A model generated the notes under the pieces. The model saw only the letters and a program-made list of their open reading frames with translations, was not told where the DNA came from and made no database searches. Position numbers and translations under genes: made by a program. From a virus (lineage: Duplodnaviria > Caudoviricetes), in IMG/VR virus record IMGVR_UViG_3300030330_006019, positions 1 to 64,000 of that record: a stretch of DNA of 64,000 nucleotides; one strand, written 5' to 3'. The first letter of the stretch is position 1. Every line of letters begins with the position of its first letter. Below, piece by piece: positions 55,755 to 64,000 of this stretch.

Positions 55755-57212
55755 CTAAAAATTATGTCCTACTGGGTATTTTGGTTTTGGTTTTTGTGAG
55801 TCAATTAAAGTAAATCTTTTTCTAGGTTTCCAATGTTTCCAACAACTTTCAATTGAACGTTCAAATGCATTACACATTTCCTTTGCTGTAAATCCATTTT
55901 CAATTGCCCAGTCTCTTCCTTTCATACCTCTGGTTTTTAATTCATCTACTCCTAATCTATATGCTTTTTCAATTTGGTCTGTAACATCAGGTATATTACA
56001 TCTTGAATCATAAATGTATGGTGTAAGAGGTGAACCTTGTAAATTTATTTGTGGCCAAACAACAAATGACCATTCACCATGATTCTTATACCTACCATTA
56101 CTATTACTTGGCCAATCAGAATTATAATCTTCCAACTCTACATATTTTCCATCATCTTTAATAATACCTACTTGGTCTTGTAAACCTCCAATACAATTTA
56201 CTAAAACTGGTGTACCTGTCATAATTGATTCCATGCAACTTAAACCAAATCCTTCAGCAGAACTAATATTTGCACCTAAATCTGACATATTATACAAGTA
56301 GTTTAATTGTTTTGTTGTTAACTTAGCTTCACTAAATATCACATTATAATCTGGTAATAGTGCATCTTTTACAGCACCTAAATCAGTACCTGCATCATCT
56401 ACTTTATTTGTGTGTAATAACAAGTAACATTCATTTGCTTGTTCTTTTGTTAATCTATCACAAAATAGTTTATACGCTAACATTAAGTCAGATGTAGATT
56501 TTCTTCTAATATTTCTACTGTTATACATTACAACAAATCCTGGCGTAACACCTCCAAATATCTGATGTTCAAATTTAATCAATTCATTAAACTCTGGGTG
56601 ATCCTTTCCAATTGGATAGTATTCATCTGTTGGTATTCCGTGTTGTACATATGTTAAGTCTATACCTTTTCTTCTAGGATTCTTTTGGCAAACATTAAAA
56701 TTAATATTGTATGTTTGCTTTGATATTGCCATAAGTAAATCACATGAATCATAAAAAGGCTCATTCCAATGCGGATAAGGCAAATCATCCCAGATATTCA
56801 AATATCCTAATGGTATAGTTTGTCTTATTTCATGTTCCATTTGATAAAGCCACTGCCAGAACCTAGGGTCTGTAAAGTGAATAATTGCATCTGGTTTTTC
56901 TTGTGAAATTATATGTCTAACAATTTCTTGAGTACCATAACCTGAACATGGATATATTTTTACATCTGCATCATCTACTCCAGTTTCAGTTTTTACTTGG
57001 TCACTTATATCTAAAAGTTTTCCATTGTCTGGATGTTTTACTGCTCCTCCTAGTTGTACCCAGTCATATCTATCAACTGTTCCAAAAACTAAATTCTTTG
57101 ATACAGTTCCTACACCTGAATGCAATCTCATATCATCTGAAAGCAATAATATTTTTTTCTTTTTTGGCTTATTTGGGTCTACACTTCTTAATTTTGGTAA
57201 TTTGATTTCCAT
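55755..57212 (-). CDS. GT4 glycosyltransferase
   Basis: SGVG, HG, RNIRRK, EGFGLSCMES...GTP, GGLQDQ. Confidence 0.9.
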   Translation of the reverse strand: MEIKLPKLRSVDPNKPKKKKILLLSDDMRLHSGVGTVSKNLVFGTVDRYDWVQLGGAVKHPDNGKLLDISDQVKTETGVDDADVKIYPCSGYGTQEIVRHIISQEKPDAIIHFTDPRFWQWLYQMEHEIRQTIPLGYLNIWDDLPYPHWNEPFYDSCDLLMAISKQTYNINFNVCQKNPRRKGIDLTYVQHGIPTDEYYPIGKDHPEFNELIKFEHQIFGGVTPGFVVMYNSRNIRRKSTSDLMLAYKLFCDRLTKEQANECYLLLHTNKVDDAGTDLGAVKDALLPDYNVIFSEAKLTTKQLNYLYNMSDLGANISSAEGFGLSCMESIMTGTPVLVNCIGGLQDQVGIIKDDGKYVELEDYNSDWPSNSNGRYKNHGEWSFVVWPQINLQGSPLTPYIYDSRCNIPDVTDQIEKAYRLGVDELKTRGMKGRDWAIENGFTAKEMCNAFERSIESCWKHWKPRKRFTLIDSQKPKPKYPVGHNF

Positions 57213-57230
57213 AACCTCTTCCTTAATAAT

Positions 57231-57422
57231 CTATAAATTTTTGCCTAATAGTGTTGTTTCTAAAATCTTCTGTCTAAAATTTTTGTCTGTTAAATATAAA
57301 TGAATTGCCCTATTTGTGATTTTTTGAAAATTAAGGTTATCTTGTATTCCTTTAATCTTAAAATCCCTGTGCAACTCTTTAGAAATTTTGACAGATGTTA
57401 ATTTAAGTTTGTCCTGTGTCAT
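57231..57422 (-). CDS. Ribbon-helix-helix DNA-binding protein
   Basis: TSVKISKELHRDFK...FQKITNRAIHLYL; AAGGAG SD; first gene of the glycan operon. Confidence 0.65.
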   Translation of the reverse strand: MTQDKLKLTSVKISKELHRDFKIKGIQDNLNFQKITNRAIHLYLTDKNFRQKILETTLLGKNL

Positions 57423-57480
57423 CTTATTATCTCCTTTATATATGAATATACATATATAAATATAATCATAAAATTAAAAA

Positions 57481-57882
57481 CTAATGAATAATGACAACTT
57501 TTTTGCGAAATTTTCTTGCTTCAAAAATTGTATATTCAGTTCCTTTACTTTCTTCACCCTTTGGAATAAATGCTATTAAGTAATCAACATATCTTGCCAA
57601 AATAGTATTTCTTGTAAAATAATTTTTTGTTTTATATGGTTTATTGTACCAATTTTCTGACATAATTGAATACAATGTTTTTTGTGTATGAGCTGGGTTT
57701 ACTTCCCTATATTCACAACCTAACTCTAATGCATATTTTTTAACATACTTGTCGGCACCATGCTGTCCTCCTCCACTAACAACAATTAACCTATCACCAA
57801 ATCTTTTTGTTAAGTCAAATACTGTTTGCTTAATCTTTCTTTTATTTTCATATGTATTACTACCGACAATTCCTATTTTCAT
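57481..57882 (-). CDS. SLOG-superfamily (DprA/YspA-like) protein
   Basis: IGIVGS, VSGG..GAD, RN, SKGT..TI..A. Confidence 0.8.
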   Translation of the reverse strand: MKIGIVGSNTYENKRKIKQTVFDLTKRFGDRLIVVSGGGQHGADKYVKKYALELGCEYREVNPAHTQKTLYSIMSENWYNKPYKTKNYFTRNTILARYVDYLIAFIPKGEESKGTEYTIFEARKFRKKVVIIH

Positions 57883-58103
57883 TACTTTCTATTCCTATTT
57901 GGTCTATAACTATACCAAGCTCTTTCATGAAAATAATACAATACCATTTTTGTAATTAATTCTAGTGCACCTACCTTTAACCCAATCATAGGGTCTCCAC
58001 TAACAAGCCAACCTAATGCCATTGTATCTAATGTACCAACAACTCTCCATGTTATGGTTTTAATAATATGTCTACGCCTTGCAGCCCATTTATTTCTTGT
58101 CAC
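57882..58103 (-). CDS. DUF2061 membrane protein
   Basis: KTITWRVVGTLDT...KMVLYYFHERAW. Confidence 0.85.
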   Translation of the reverse strand: MTRNKWAARRRHIIKTITWRVVGTLDTMALGWLVSGDPMIGLKVGALELITKMVLYYFHERAWYSYRPNRNRK

Positions 58104-58453
58104 TTTAGCAACCCCTCTTTTCTCATTTGTTTTCTAATTTTAGTTGCTGATATCTTTTCAACTTGTGTTGGAGGTACATGTTCGATAATTTCATATCCAA
58201 CACCTCTGCCATAATTAACAGATTCTATGTCTGGTATAATTACTACCTTTATACTTCCATTTGCAATTTCTTTTGAAAATCTTTTATTTAAGTTTTGCTC
58301 AACTTCTTGTGGTGTCCAAGGTTGATTTTCATTTGGTTCAACATCCCTAATTGCTATACATATATTTTTGCCTTCTTTAATTCTTTGGTCTATTAACCAT
58401 TGATGGCCATCATGCCAAGGTTGCCACCTTCCTATAAACATTGAGTATTTCAT
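58100..58453 (-). CDS. Minimal HxGH nucleotidyltransferase (possible ATP sulfurylase-like)
   Basis: GRWQPWHDGH, YGRGVG, ISATKIR. Confidence 0.8.
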   Translation of the reverse strand: MKYSMFIGRWQPWHDGHQWLIDQRIKEGKNICIAIRDVEPNENQPWTPQEVEQNLNKRFSKEIANGSIKVVIIPDIESVNYGRGVGYEIIEHVPPTQVEKISATKIRKQMRKEGLLK

Positions 58454-59208
58454 ATTCCTTTATCTCTTTGTAAATTTAATGCTATTGCCCTTTCACCAGG
58501 CTTATCAGGATCCATATCATTAATAAGATATCTTGGACCTCGCTCAATCCCCATTATTAATCTATCAAATGGTATGTAATTATTTACCAATTCATTGATA
58601 GTATGTTCTCTCATATCTTCAGGTCTTGCTGTTGTTAAAATTATCATATGACCATCATCATACCACTCATTTAATTTATCAACAGTTGAAATTATAGGTT
58701 CTGCATCTGAAGTTGTATATGTTTCAAATTTTCTATACTTAAAAATTGTTCCATCAATGTCACAAAAATATGTATGCTTCTTTTTTACATTAAATGATAT
58801 TTTGTCTAAACACTTTTCAATAGAAATATTTGTTGTGTCCATGTCAATAAAATTTTCTGTAGGCTTTTCATAATCTTTTGCAAAATAGTCTTCCCTACCT
58901 CTAGTTTCAGTTGTATGAACATATATTTCAGTTACATCATTTGTTGCCTTTAGTGAATCTCTCATTTCCTTATATGGAGCAACAACTGAAACAACAACTG
59001 TCAATCCTTTATTATCTAAGAATCTACATAAATCCAATACTGACTGTATATTCTTTGTTCTCCCAGCTGGGCTATAGTCGAAATTTTGAAATAAATCTCG
59101 CAAACCATCACCATCAATATGAATGCAATTATCACTACATTTTTCTATCATTGCTTTAGCTAATGTTGTCTTACCAGCACCTGGCTGGCCTGTAAACCAA
59201 TATATCAT
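58450..59208 (-). CDS. cysC: Adenylyl-sulfate kinase fused to a HAD domain
   Basis: WFTGQPGAGKTT, DGD.LR, R..NI, APY..R, YEKP; C-terminal CDIDGTI...TTAR...IND. Confidence 0.85.
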   Translation of the reverse strand: MIYWFTGQPGAGKTTLAKAMIEKCSDNCIHIDGDGLRDLFQNFDYSPAGRTKNIQSVLDLCRFLDNKGLTVVVSVVAPYKEMRDSLKATNDVTEIYVHTTETRGREDYFAKDYEKPTENFIDMDTTNISIEKCLDKISFNVKKKHTYFCDIDGTIFKYRKFETYTTSDAEPIISTVDKLNEWYDDGHMIILTTARPEDMREHTINELVNNYIPFDRLIMGIERGPRYLINDMDPDKPGERAIALNLQRDKGI

Positions 59209-60134
59209 AAAGTAATCCTTTTATCTTTTGGGCATAATTCATAATTTGTCTTAAATGGGCACCACTTACAATTTTTATTTTTTTCACCCTTTGTTGCTGG
59301 GTATATACCTTGTAAGTTATGTTTACCATCGGCAGTAAATGCTTCTGATATGAATTTTGCCAAATTTTTGTTTGTTTTATTAATACTAGGTTTTCCTGAT
59401 GCTGGAGAATATGTTTGTATTCTTCTTTGTGGAAAATCTAAATTTTCATAAAGCTTTCTTTTAACAATAAAATATTCTATTTCAATATCACTAATATCTG
59501 TTTCATATTGTCTTGAAAAATATTCTTTATAAATTCTAAGTTGGTCACCATTCTCTTTCTTTTGAGAAGGTCTCCATCCCATTGTACTGGTTTTAATGTC
59601 TATGATTTTGATTTTATTGTGTTCACGTATAACTAAATCAATAAATCCTGTCATCATAATATTTGGGTTTACTTCAGTTTCATAAAAAATTGGCATTTCT
59701 ATTCCAACCAATTCACAATTCTTTTTACTAAAATATGCACCTCTTTTTCTTTTTAGATAATCTATAATTTCTACACCATCCCAATAAAACTCCATCATTT
59801 GATTTTGATTAGAAAAATGTTTTCCATCAAACTCAGCAAGTGTTTCTTTATAGTTGTGTTGCATTCTTTCTTTAAGCATTTTGTGAAGGTCTAAACTATC
59901 AGCTGACTTTATTGAATCGCTATACATTACTTCAAGATAATGCTGAATTACTTCGTGCATAGATGTACCAAATGTTAAATAGATAGATGGCTCAAAGTCT
60001 CTGTGCTTATCTATATAATTTAATTTCCATTGATGTGGGCAAGTTTTATACATATTGAACTGACTGTAAGAAATTGTTTTCTTACCCATCATTCTTGCTT
60101 TTATTGCCAAATCTCTAGGTGATTTTATTTTCAT
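59205..60134 (-). CDS. PD-(D/E)XK nuclease (RecB/Cas4-like, PDDEXK_1)
   Basis: SYSQ...CP, FG...H, E...GFIDL...IIDIKT, QL.IY, CKWC...C. Confidence 0.9.
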   Translation of the reverse strand: MKIKSPRDLAIKARMMGKKTISYSQFNMYKTCPHQWKLNYIDKHRDFEPSIYLTFGTSMHEVIQHYLEVMYSDSIKSADSLDLHKMLKERMQHNYKETLAEFDGKHFSNQNQMMEFYWDGVEIIDYLKRKRGAYFSKKNCELVGIEMPIFYETEVNPNIMMTGFIDLVIREHNKIKIIDIKTSTMGWRPSQKKENGDQLRIYKEYFSRQYETDISDIEIEYFIVKRKLYENLDFPQRRIQTYSPASGKPSINKTNKNLAKFISEAFTADGKHNLQGIYPATKGEKNKNCKWCPFKTNYELCPKDKRITL

Positions 60135-60171
60135 CTATATAATATAACCAATTTTTATGAATTATTAAAAT

Positions 60172-60369
60172 TTATTTAGAGTTATTTTCAATAAGTTTAT
60201 CTAAATATTGTTTTGCTTTTAACAAATCTTCCATTCCATTTTTGTGTCGCCATCTTGTAATATACTTTACAATATTACCTTCAAAAAAGTCAAGGTTTTG
60301 AGAGTGAGCATATTCCCACATCTCTATTCCTTTAGTGTAATGCTTTGGATGTTTAACATTATCAGCCAA
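60172..60369 (-). CDS. DUF3310 (SaV-like) protein
   Basis: DNVKHPKHY..GIE...F..GN..KY..R..HKNG.EDL.KA..Y; probable TTG start overlapping the upstream stop. Confidence 0.85.
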   Translation of the reverse strand: MADNVKHPKHYTKGIEMWEYAHSQNLDFFEGNIVKYITRWRHKNGMEDLLKAKQYLDKLIENNSK

Positions 60370-60616
60370 GTTTAATTGTTCCTTTGCTATCTTTCTTATC
60401 TGCTTGTTGAGGAATAAGCTCGTCATTAACATGGCCACAGCTACTACACTCAAATACAGGCATTGGTAAAAAACTTTTCTTTCCACTTGGCGACATTACA
60501 GCTGAAACACGTTTTAATAATACTACTTGAATAAATGTAGGATTTCCACATTCTTCACAAACAACATCATCCATGTCGTTTAGATTTATATTTATCTTTT
60601 GTTTATTATCTTTCAT
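60362..60616 (-). CDS. Zinc-ribbon protein
   Basis: CEECG...CSSCGH. Confidence 0.75.
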   Translation of the reverse strand: MKDNKQKININLNDMDDVVCEECGNPTFIQVVLLKRVSAVMSPSGKKSFLPMPVFECSSCGHVNDELIPQQADKKDSKGTIKLG

Positions 60617-62265
60617 TATCCTATTCCAAATCCTCCTCCCATCATTGGTGGCTCTTTGCCTTCTTCCTCTGGGAGTTTATTAATTACACATTCAGTTGTT
60701 AAAATTGTACCTGAAACTGATACTGCTTTTTCAAGAGCAACACGTGTTACTTTATTAGGGTCAACAATTCCTTCTTCATACATATCTACAACTTTTTCAT
60801 TTCTTGCATCAAATCCTGGTACTTTCAAACCATCTGATGTATTAACTTTATTCCATATTACATCAGAATTTAGACCTGCATTTTCCATTATTGCATTAAA
60901 TGGTGCCTTGCATGCATCTAAAACAATTTCATATCCAATTAGTTGGTCAGGATTTGAAACAAATGGACCTTCTTCTTCAGCCTCTGTGCTTGCAATTCTT
61001 AGTGCTATTCCACCACCAGGTACAATACCTTCATCAATTGCTGCTCGTGTTGCTGCAAGTGCATCTTCAACTCTATATTTTTTTTCCTTAAGCTCTATTT
61101 CAGATTGTGCACCTATATTTAATATTGCAACACCGCCTGTCATTTTACCAAGCCTTTCTTGAAGACTTTCTATTTCATAACTAGAGTCTGAACTATCAAT
61201 TAAGTCTTTTATATCATTTGCCCTGGCTAAAACATCATCAGAATTTCCACCACCATCAACAATTGTTGTATTTTTACCAGTTATACTAATTAACTTTGCT
61301 GTACCAAACATATCAGGTGTAACTTTGTCAAGTTTCATTCCCTTTGTTGTTGAAATTACAGTACCTCCAGTCAAAACAGCAATGTCTTGTAACATATCAT
61401 TTCTTTTATCACCAAATCCTGGTGCCTTTACAGCTGCTACTTTACACGTACCTCTTGCTTTATTAACAATAAGTCCTGCCAATGCTTCACCATCAACATC
61501 TTCGGCAATAATAACTAAAGGCTTATCTGCTTGGATTGCCATTTCAAGTGGCTTAACTATTGATTTTAGACTAGATATTCGTTTATCATATAGTAGAATC
61601 CATGCATTTTCCAATTGGCACATCATCTTTTCATTTGAATTTACAAAGTATGGAGATAAGTAACCTCTATCAAACTGTAAACCTTCAACAACTTCTAAAT
61701 TTGTTTCTGATGACTTTCCTTCCTCAACTGTTATTACACCTTCACGACCTACTTTGTCCATAGCTTCAGAAATAAGGTTTCCAATTTCAGTATCATTATT
61801 TGCAGATATTCTTGCAACTTGTTGAATTTCAGTTTCAGATTCTATTTGTTTACTCATAGAACTTAATTTTTCTCTAATAACACCAACAGCCTTTTCCATA
61901 CCTCTTTTTATTTCAACAGGGTTTGCTGAACTTCTTGAAATTGTATTCAACCCATTCTCAATAATACTGTGAGCCAATACTGTAGCCGTTGTTGTTCCAT
62001 CACCAGCTTCATCATTTACTTGCTTGGCAACTTCTTTAACCATTTGTGCACCAGCATTTTGAACTGAATCTGTTAGTTCTACTTCTTCAGCAACTGTTAC
62101 ACCATCCTTTGTTGAAACATATTCACCAAAATCTTTTTCAATGACAACATTTCTACCTTTAGGACCTAATGTAGTTTTTACTGCATCACATAATGTATTT
62201 ATTCCAGCATACAATCCATCTTTTGCTTTTTTGTCAAATGATATTTTTTTTGGACCTGATTTCAT
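60616..62265 (-). CDS. groL: Chaperonin GroEL
   Basis: [52 protein letters not shown]. Confidence 0.98.
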   Translation of the reverse strand: MKSGPKKISFDKKAKDGLYAGINTLCDAVKTTLGPKGRNVVIEKDFGEYVSTKDGVTVAEEVELTDSVQNAGAQMVKEVAKQVNDEAGDGTTTATVLAHSIIENGLNTISRSSANPVEIKRGMEKAVGVIREKLSSMSKQIESETEIQQVARISANNDTEIGNLISEAMDKVGREGVITVEEGKSSETNLEVVEGLQFDRGYLSPYFVNSNEKMMCQLENAWILLYDKRISSLKSIVKPLEMAIQADKPLVIIAEDVDGEALAGLIVNKARGTCKVAAVKAPGFGDKRNDMLQDIAVLTGGTVISTTKGMKLDKVTPDMFGTAKLISITGKNTTIVDGGGNSDDVLARANDIKDLIDSSDSSYEIESLQERLGKMTGGVAILNIGAQSEIELKEKKYRVEDALAATRAAIDEGIVPGGGIALRIASTEAEEEGPFVSNPDQLIGYEIVLDACKAPFNAIMENAGLNSDVIWNKVNTSDGLKVPGFDARNEKVVDMYEEGIVDPNKVTRVALEKAVSVSGTILTTECVINKLPEEEGKEPPMMGGGFGIG

Positions 62266-62266
62266 T

Positions 62267-62563
62267 TTATTTCTCCTTAATAATAACTAATAATTCTTTT
62301 TCACGAATGACCAAATAGTCTTCTCCGTCAACTTCAATCTTTTTTGCACCATACTTTGGGTACATAACTTTATCACCTACTTTGCACTGCATATAACCAA
62401 CTTGGCCAGAAGATAATACTTCGCCTGGACCAACTGAACATACTGTACCTAACATAGTTTCTTCTTGTGCAATATCTGGAAGGATAACTCCTCCTGATGT
62501 CATTTCATCTGGGTCAATTGCTTTTAATACGACTCTATCGCCTATTGGATTTAATTTTTCCAT
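62267..62563 (-). CDS. groS: Co-chaperonin GroES
   Basis: PIGDRVV, TSGGVILPD, VGPG, KVGDKV; GGAGG SD before MEKLNP. Confidence 0.96.
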   Translation of the reverse strand: MEKLNPIGDRVVLKAIDPDEMTSGGVILPDIAQEETMLGTVCSVGPGEVLSSGQVGYMQCKVGDKVMYPKYGAKKIEVDGEDYLVIREKELLVIIKEK

Positions 62564-62622
62564 TATAACCTCCATTTATTATGTATATATTAATAACCTT
62601 TTTGTATATATAAATATACTTC

Positions 62623-64000
62623 TTAACTAACTAAACTCTCATATTGCTGCAATAAATTATCAACATTTCCAATTAATTTGAACTCTTCTAATTGTTCTAA
62701 AACTTGCTTTGAAAAATATGTTTCGTAATCTATTTCAAATATTTCTTTTCTATCATCTATTAAGTGTAAATCTTCTTCATTCAAACATATTGCAGTTTGT
62801 CGTTCTCTAATCTTAATATCATCTTCACATTTACTCTTTATATAAAATAAATAAGGTGCATCTAGGTTTGTAATTGTTGTACCTAGTTTTTCATTTGCCC
62901 ATAATGCAGCCTTTAAGTGTTGTGGTTTATTTTTTAAGTATTGGTTAAATCGTTTAGTAAACTTTTTAGATATTCCAATATCTTTATAATTGATTGTCTC
63001 TATCTTTTTTCTTAACTGGGTTAAATGCTCTATTTTCAAATTGTCACGTATTGCCATTTCAGTAACAACATTTAATGCCTTCTTAAGAAACTCTGGTGCA
63101 TCTTTTCTAATAATATTCATACCTCTAATATATTTTTTACCAGTATCTCTTATTATTGCATAGTACCTTTTCTTTGATTCACCAAAATAAATGTATTCTA
63201 AATCATATTCAAATTTAAGGTCCATCATCATATACTCATCTGAAACCTTAGGATTGTATTTTGCAACATATTCGTTTCTTAAGTCATCATTAAATTTAAC
63301 CAATTTGTCTTTCATTTGTGTTTCTGTACAACCATTTGACTTTACAAATATACTATCAGTATCACCATATAAAACTTTATGTTCTTGATTAAATTTTAAT
63401 GTTGCAAACTTTAATGCTTGTCTTGCAAAAAATGTAATTGCATCTGCACACTCTGGTTTATATAATCTAAAAAAGTTGAATCCCATAGCACCATAGGCTG
63501 AATTAAGAACTAACTTATATGCCCATTGTCTTTTGTCCATTGCAACTTTTTCATCACCTTTGTATTTTCCTTGACCAAGACCTTTATTTATTTCTACTCT
63601 TTGTAAAAATAACTTCTTTAGAATTTTAGGTAATAGTCCTACCTTATATGAATGGCCATAAAATAAATATCTTCCACCAAATAGAGTTTCATCTTCACCT
63701 GTATCAATAAAATCAGTATCTTCTTCCTTTAGCTTGTCAACTATTTCTTGTATATTCATACCCATATTGTCACATTGTTCCTTTGAACAAATAAATGTTT
63801 CTGGGCTAATATTGAATGACATAATACTTGTAGGATATAGTGATGTATAGTCCATAACAGTAACATCTTTATGTCTACCAGGTTCAGTAGGGTTAAATAC
63901 GATTGCACCTGCATAGTTTTTTCTAGGACGTGTTATCCTATTAGGAAATATAATTTTATTGTGATTATCTTTTAAGATATAACTATCAACAACAACGGAT
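62623..64000 (-). CDS. Family B DNA polymerase (C-terminal part; 5' end outside the window)
   Basis: Frame stays open to the window edge (YAGAIVF...DYTSLYP); K...NSAYG, YGDTDS, KKRY. Confidence 0.96.
   Translation of the reverse strand, partial: SVVVDSYILKDNHNKIIFPNRITRPRKNYAGAIVFNPTEPGRHKDVTVMDYTSLYPTSIMSFNISPETFICSKEQCDNMGMNIQEIVDKLKEEDTDFIDTGEDETLFGGRYLFYGHSYKVGLLPKILKKLFLQRVEINKGLGQGKYKGDEKVAMDKRQWAYKLVLNSAYGAMGFNFFRLYKPECADAITFFARQALKFATLKFNQEHKVLYGDTDSIFVKSNGCTETQMKDKLVKFNDDLRNEYVAKYNPKVSDEYMMMDLKFEYDLEYIYFGESKKRYYAIIRDTGKKYIRGMNIIRKDAPEFLKKALNVVTEMAIRDNLKIEHLTQLRKKIETINYKDIGISKKFTKRFNQYLKNKPQHLKAALWANEKLGTTITNLDAPYLFYIKSKCEDDIKIRERQTAICLNEEDLHLIDDRKEIFEIDYETYFSKQVLEQLEEFKLIGNVDNLLQQYESLVS

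Noticed and set aside
59205-60134. Cas4-like nuclease as evidence for a CRISPR-Cas system
   Set aside because: It is a stand-alone PD-(D/E)XK nuclease common in phages; no cas1/cas2 or array is in the window.
35134-62575. Bacterial chromosome (LPS/capsule locus plus groESL)
   Set aside because: Context includes family B polymerase, ATP-dependent ligase, DUF3310, dense single-strand small ORFs and no export or housekeeping genes, which fits a phage.
411-63388. All plus-strand ORFs in the track (e.g. 11465-11806, 35938-36282, 60599-61162)
   Set aside because: They are antisense shadows of well-supported minus-strand genes, lack motifs and have no independent promoter or RBS support.
1-64000. 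Stop-codon reassignment, introns or inteins
   Set aside because: Conserved genes (ligase, GroEL, Gmd, the visible part of PolB) are uninterrupted in the standard code and TAA, TAG and TGA all end genes.

Overview
The window is a 64-kb, AT-rich fragment of a large lytic dsDNA bacteriophage, probably a T4-like or jumbo Caudoviricetes. Essentially every credible gene is on the minus strand. The host is most likely a marine Bacteroidota (Flavobacteriales-like) bacterium, based on two type IX secretion (T9SS) C-terminal sorting domains, GCTD..NYDP..DDGSC surface repeats, a DUF4494-like protein and TAnnTTTR-type promoters. In transcription order (right to left): family B DNA polymerase (5' end outside the window), GroES/GroEL, PD-(D/E)XK nuclease and an APS-kinase/NTase sulfation module; a ~22-kb glycan cluster (GT2/GT4, Gmd, DegT, KdsB, NeuA/NeuB, GT29-like, Maf-like, sulfotransferase); a block of proteins sharing an N-terminal M(I)KLxxI(L/I)xE leader that resembles a capsid-targeting/protease-cleavage signal, interrupted by a cell-envelope operon (T9SS cargo, lipoprotein, beta-barrel, thioredoxin-like protein); nucleotide-metabolism genes and DNA ligase; and a promoter-dense, apparently early 6.7-kb segment (AAA+/VWA pair, TraR/DksA-like protein, two structured RNA candidates) bracketed by GC-rich inverted repeats next to tRNA-Arg(UCU). 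Genes directly behind the strong promoters have no Shine-Dalgarno sequence, while many other genes have AGGAG. All family calls come from motif recognition by eye; no searches were run.
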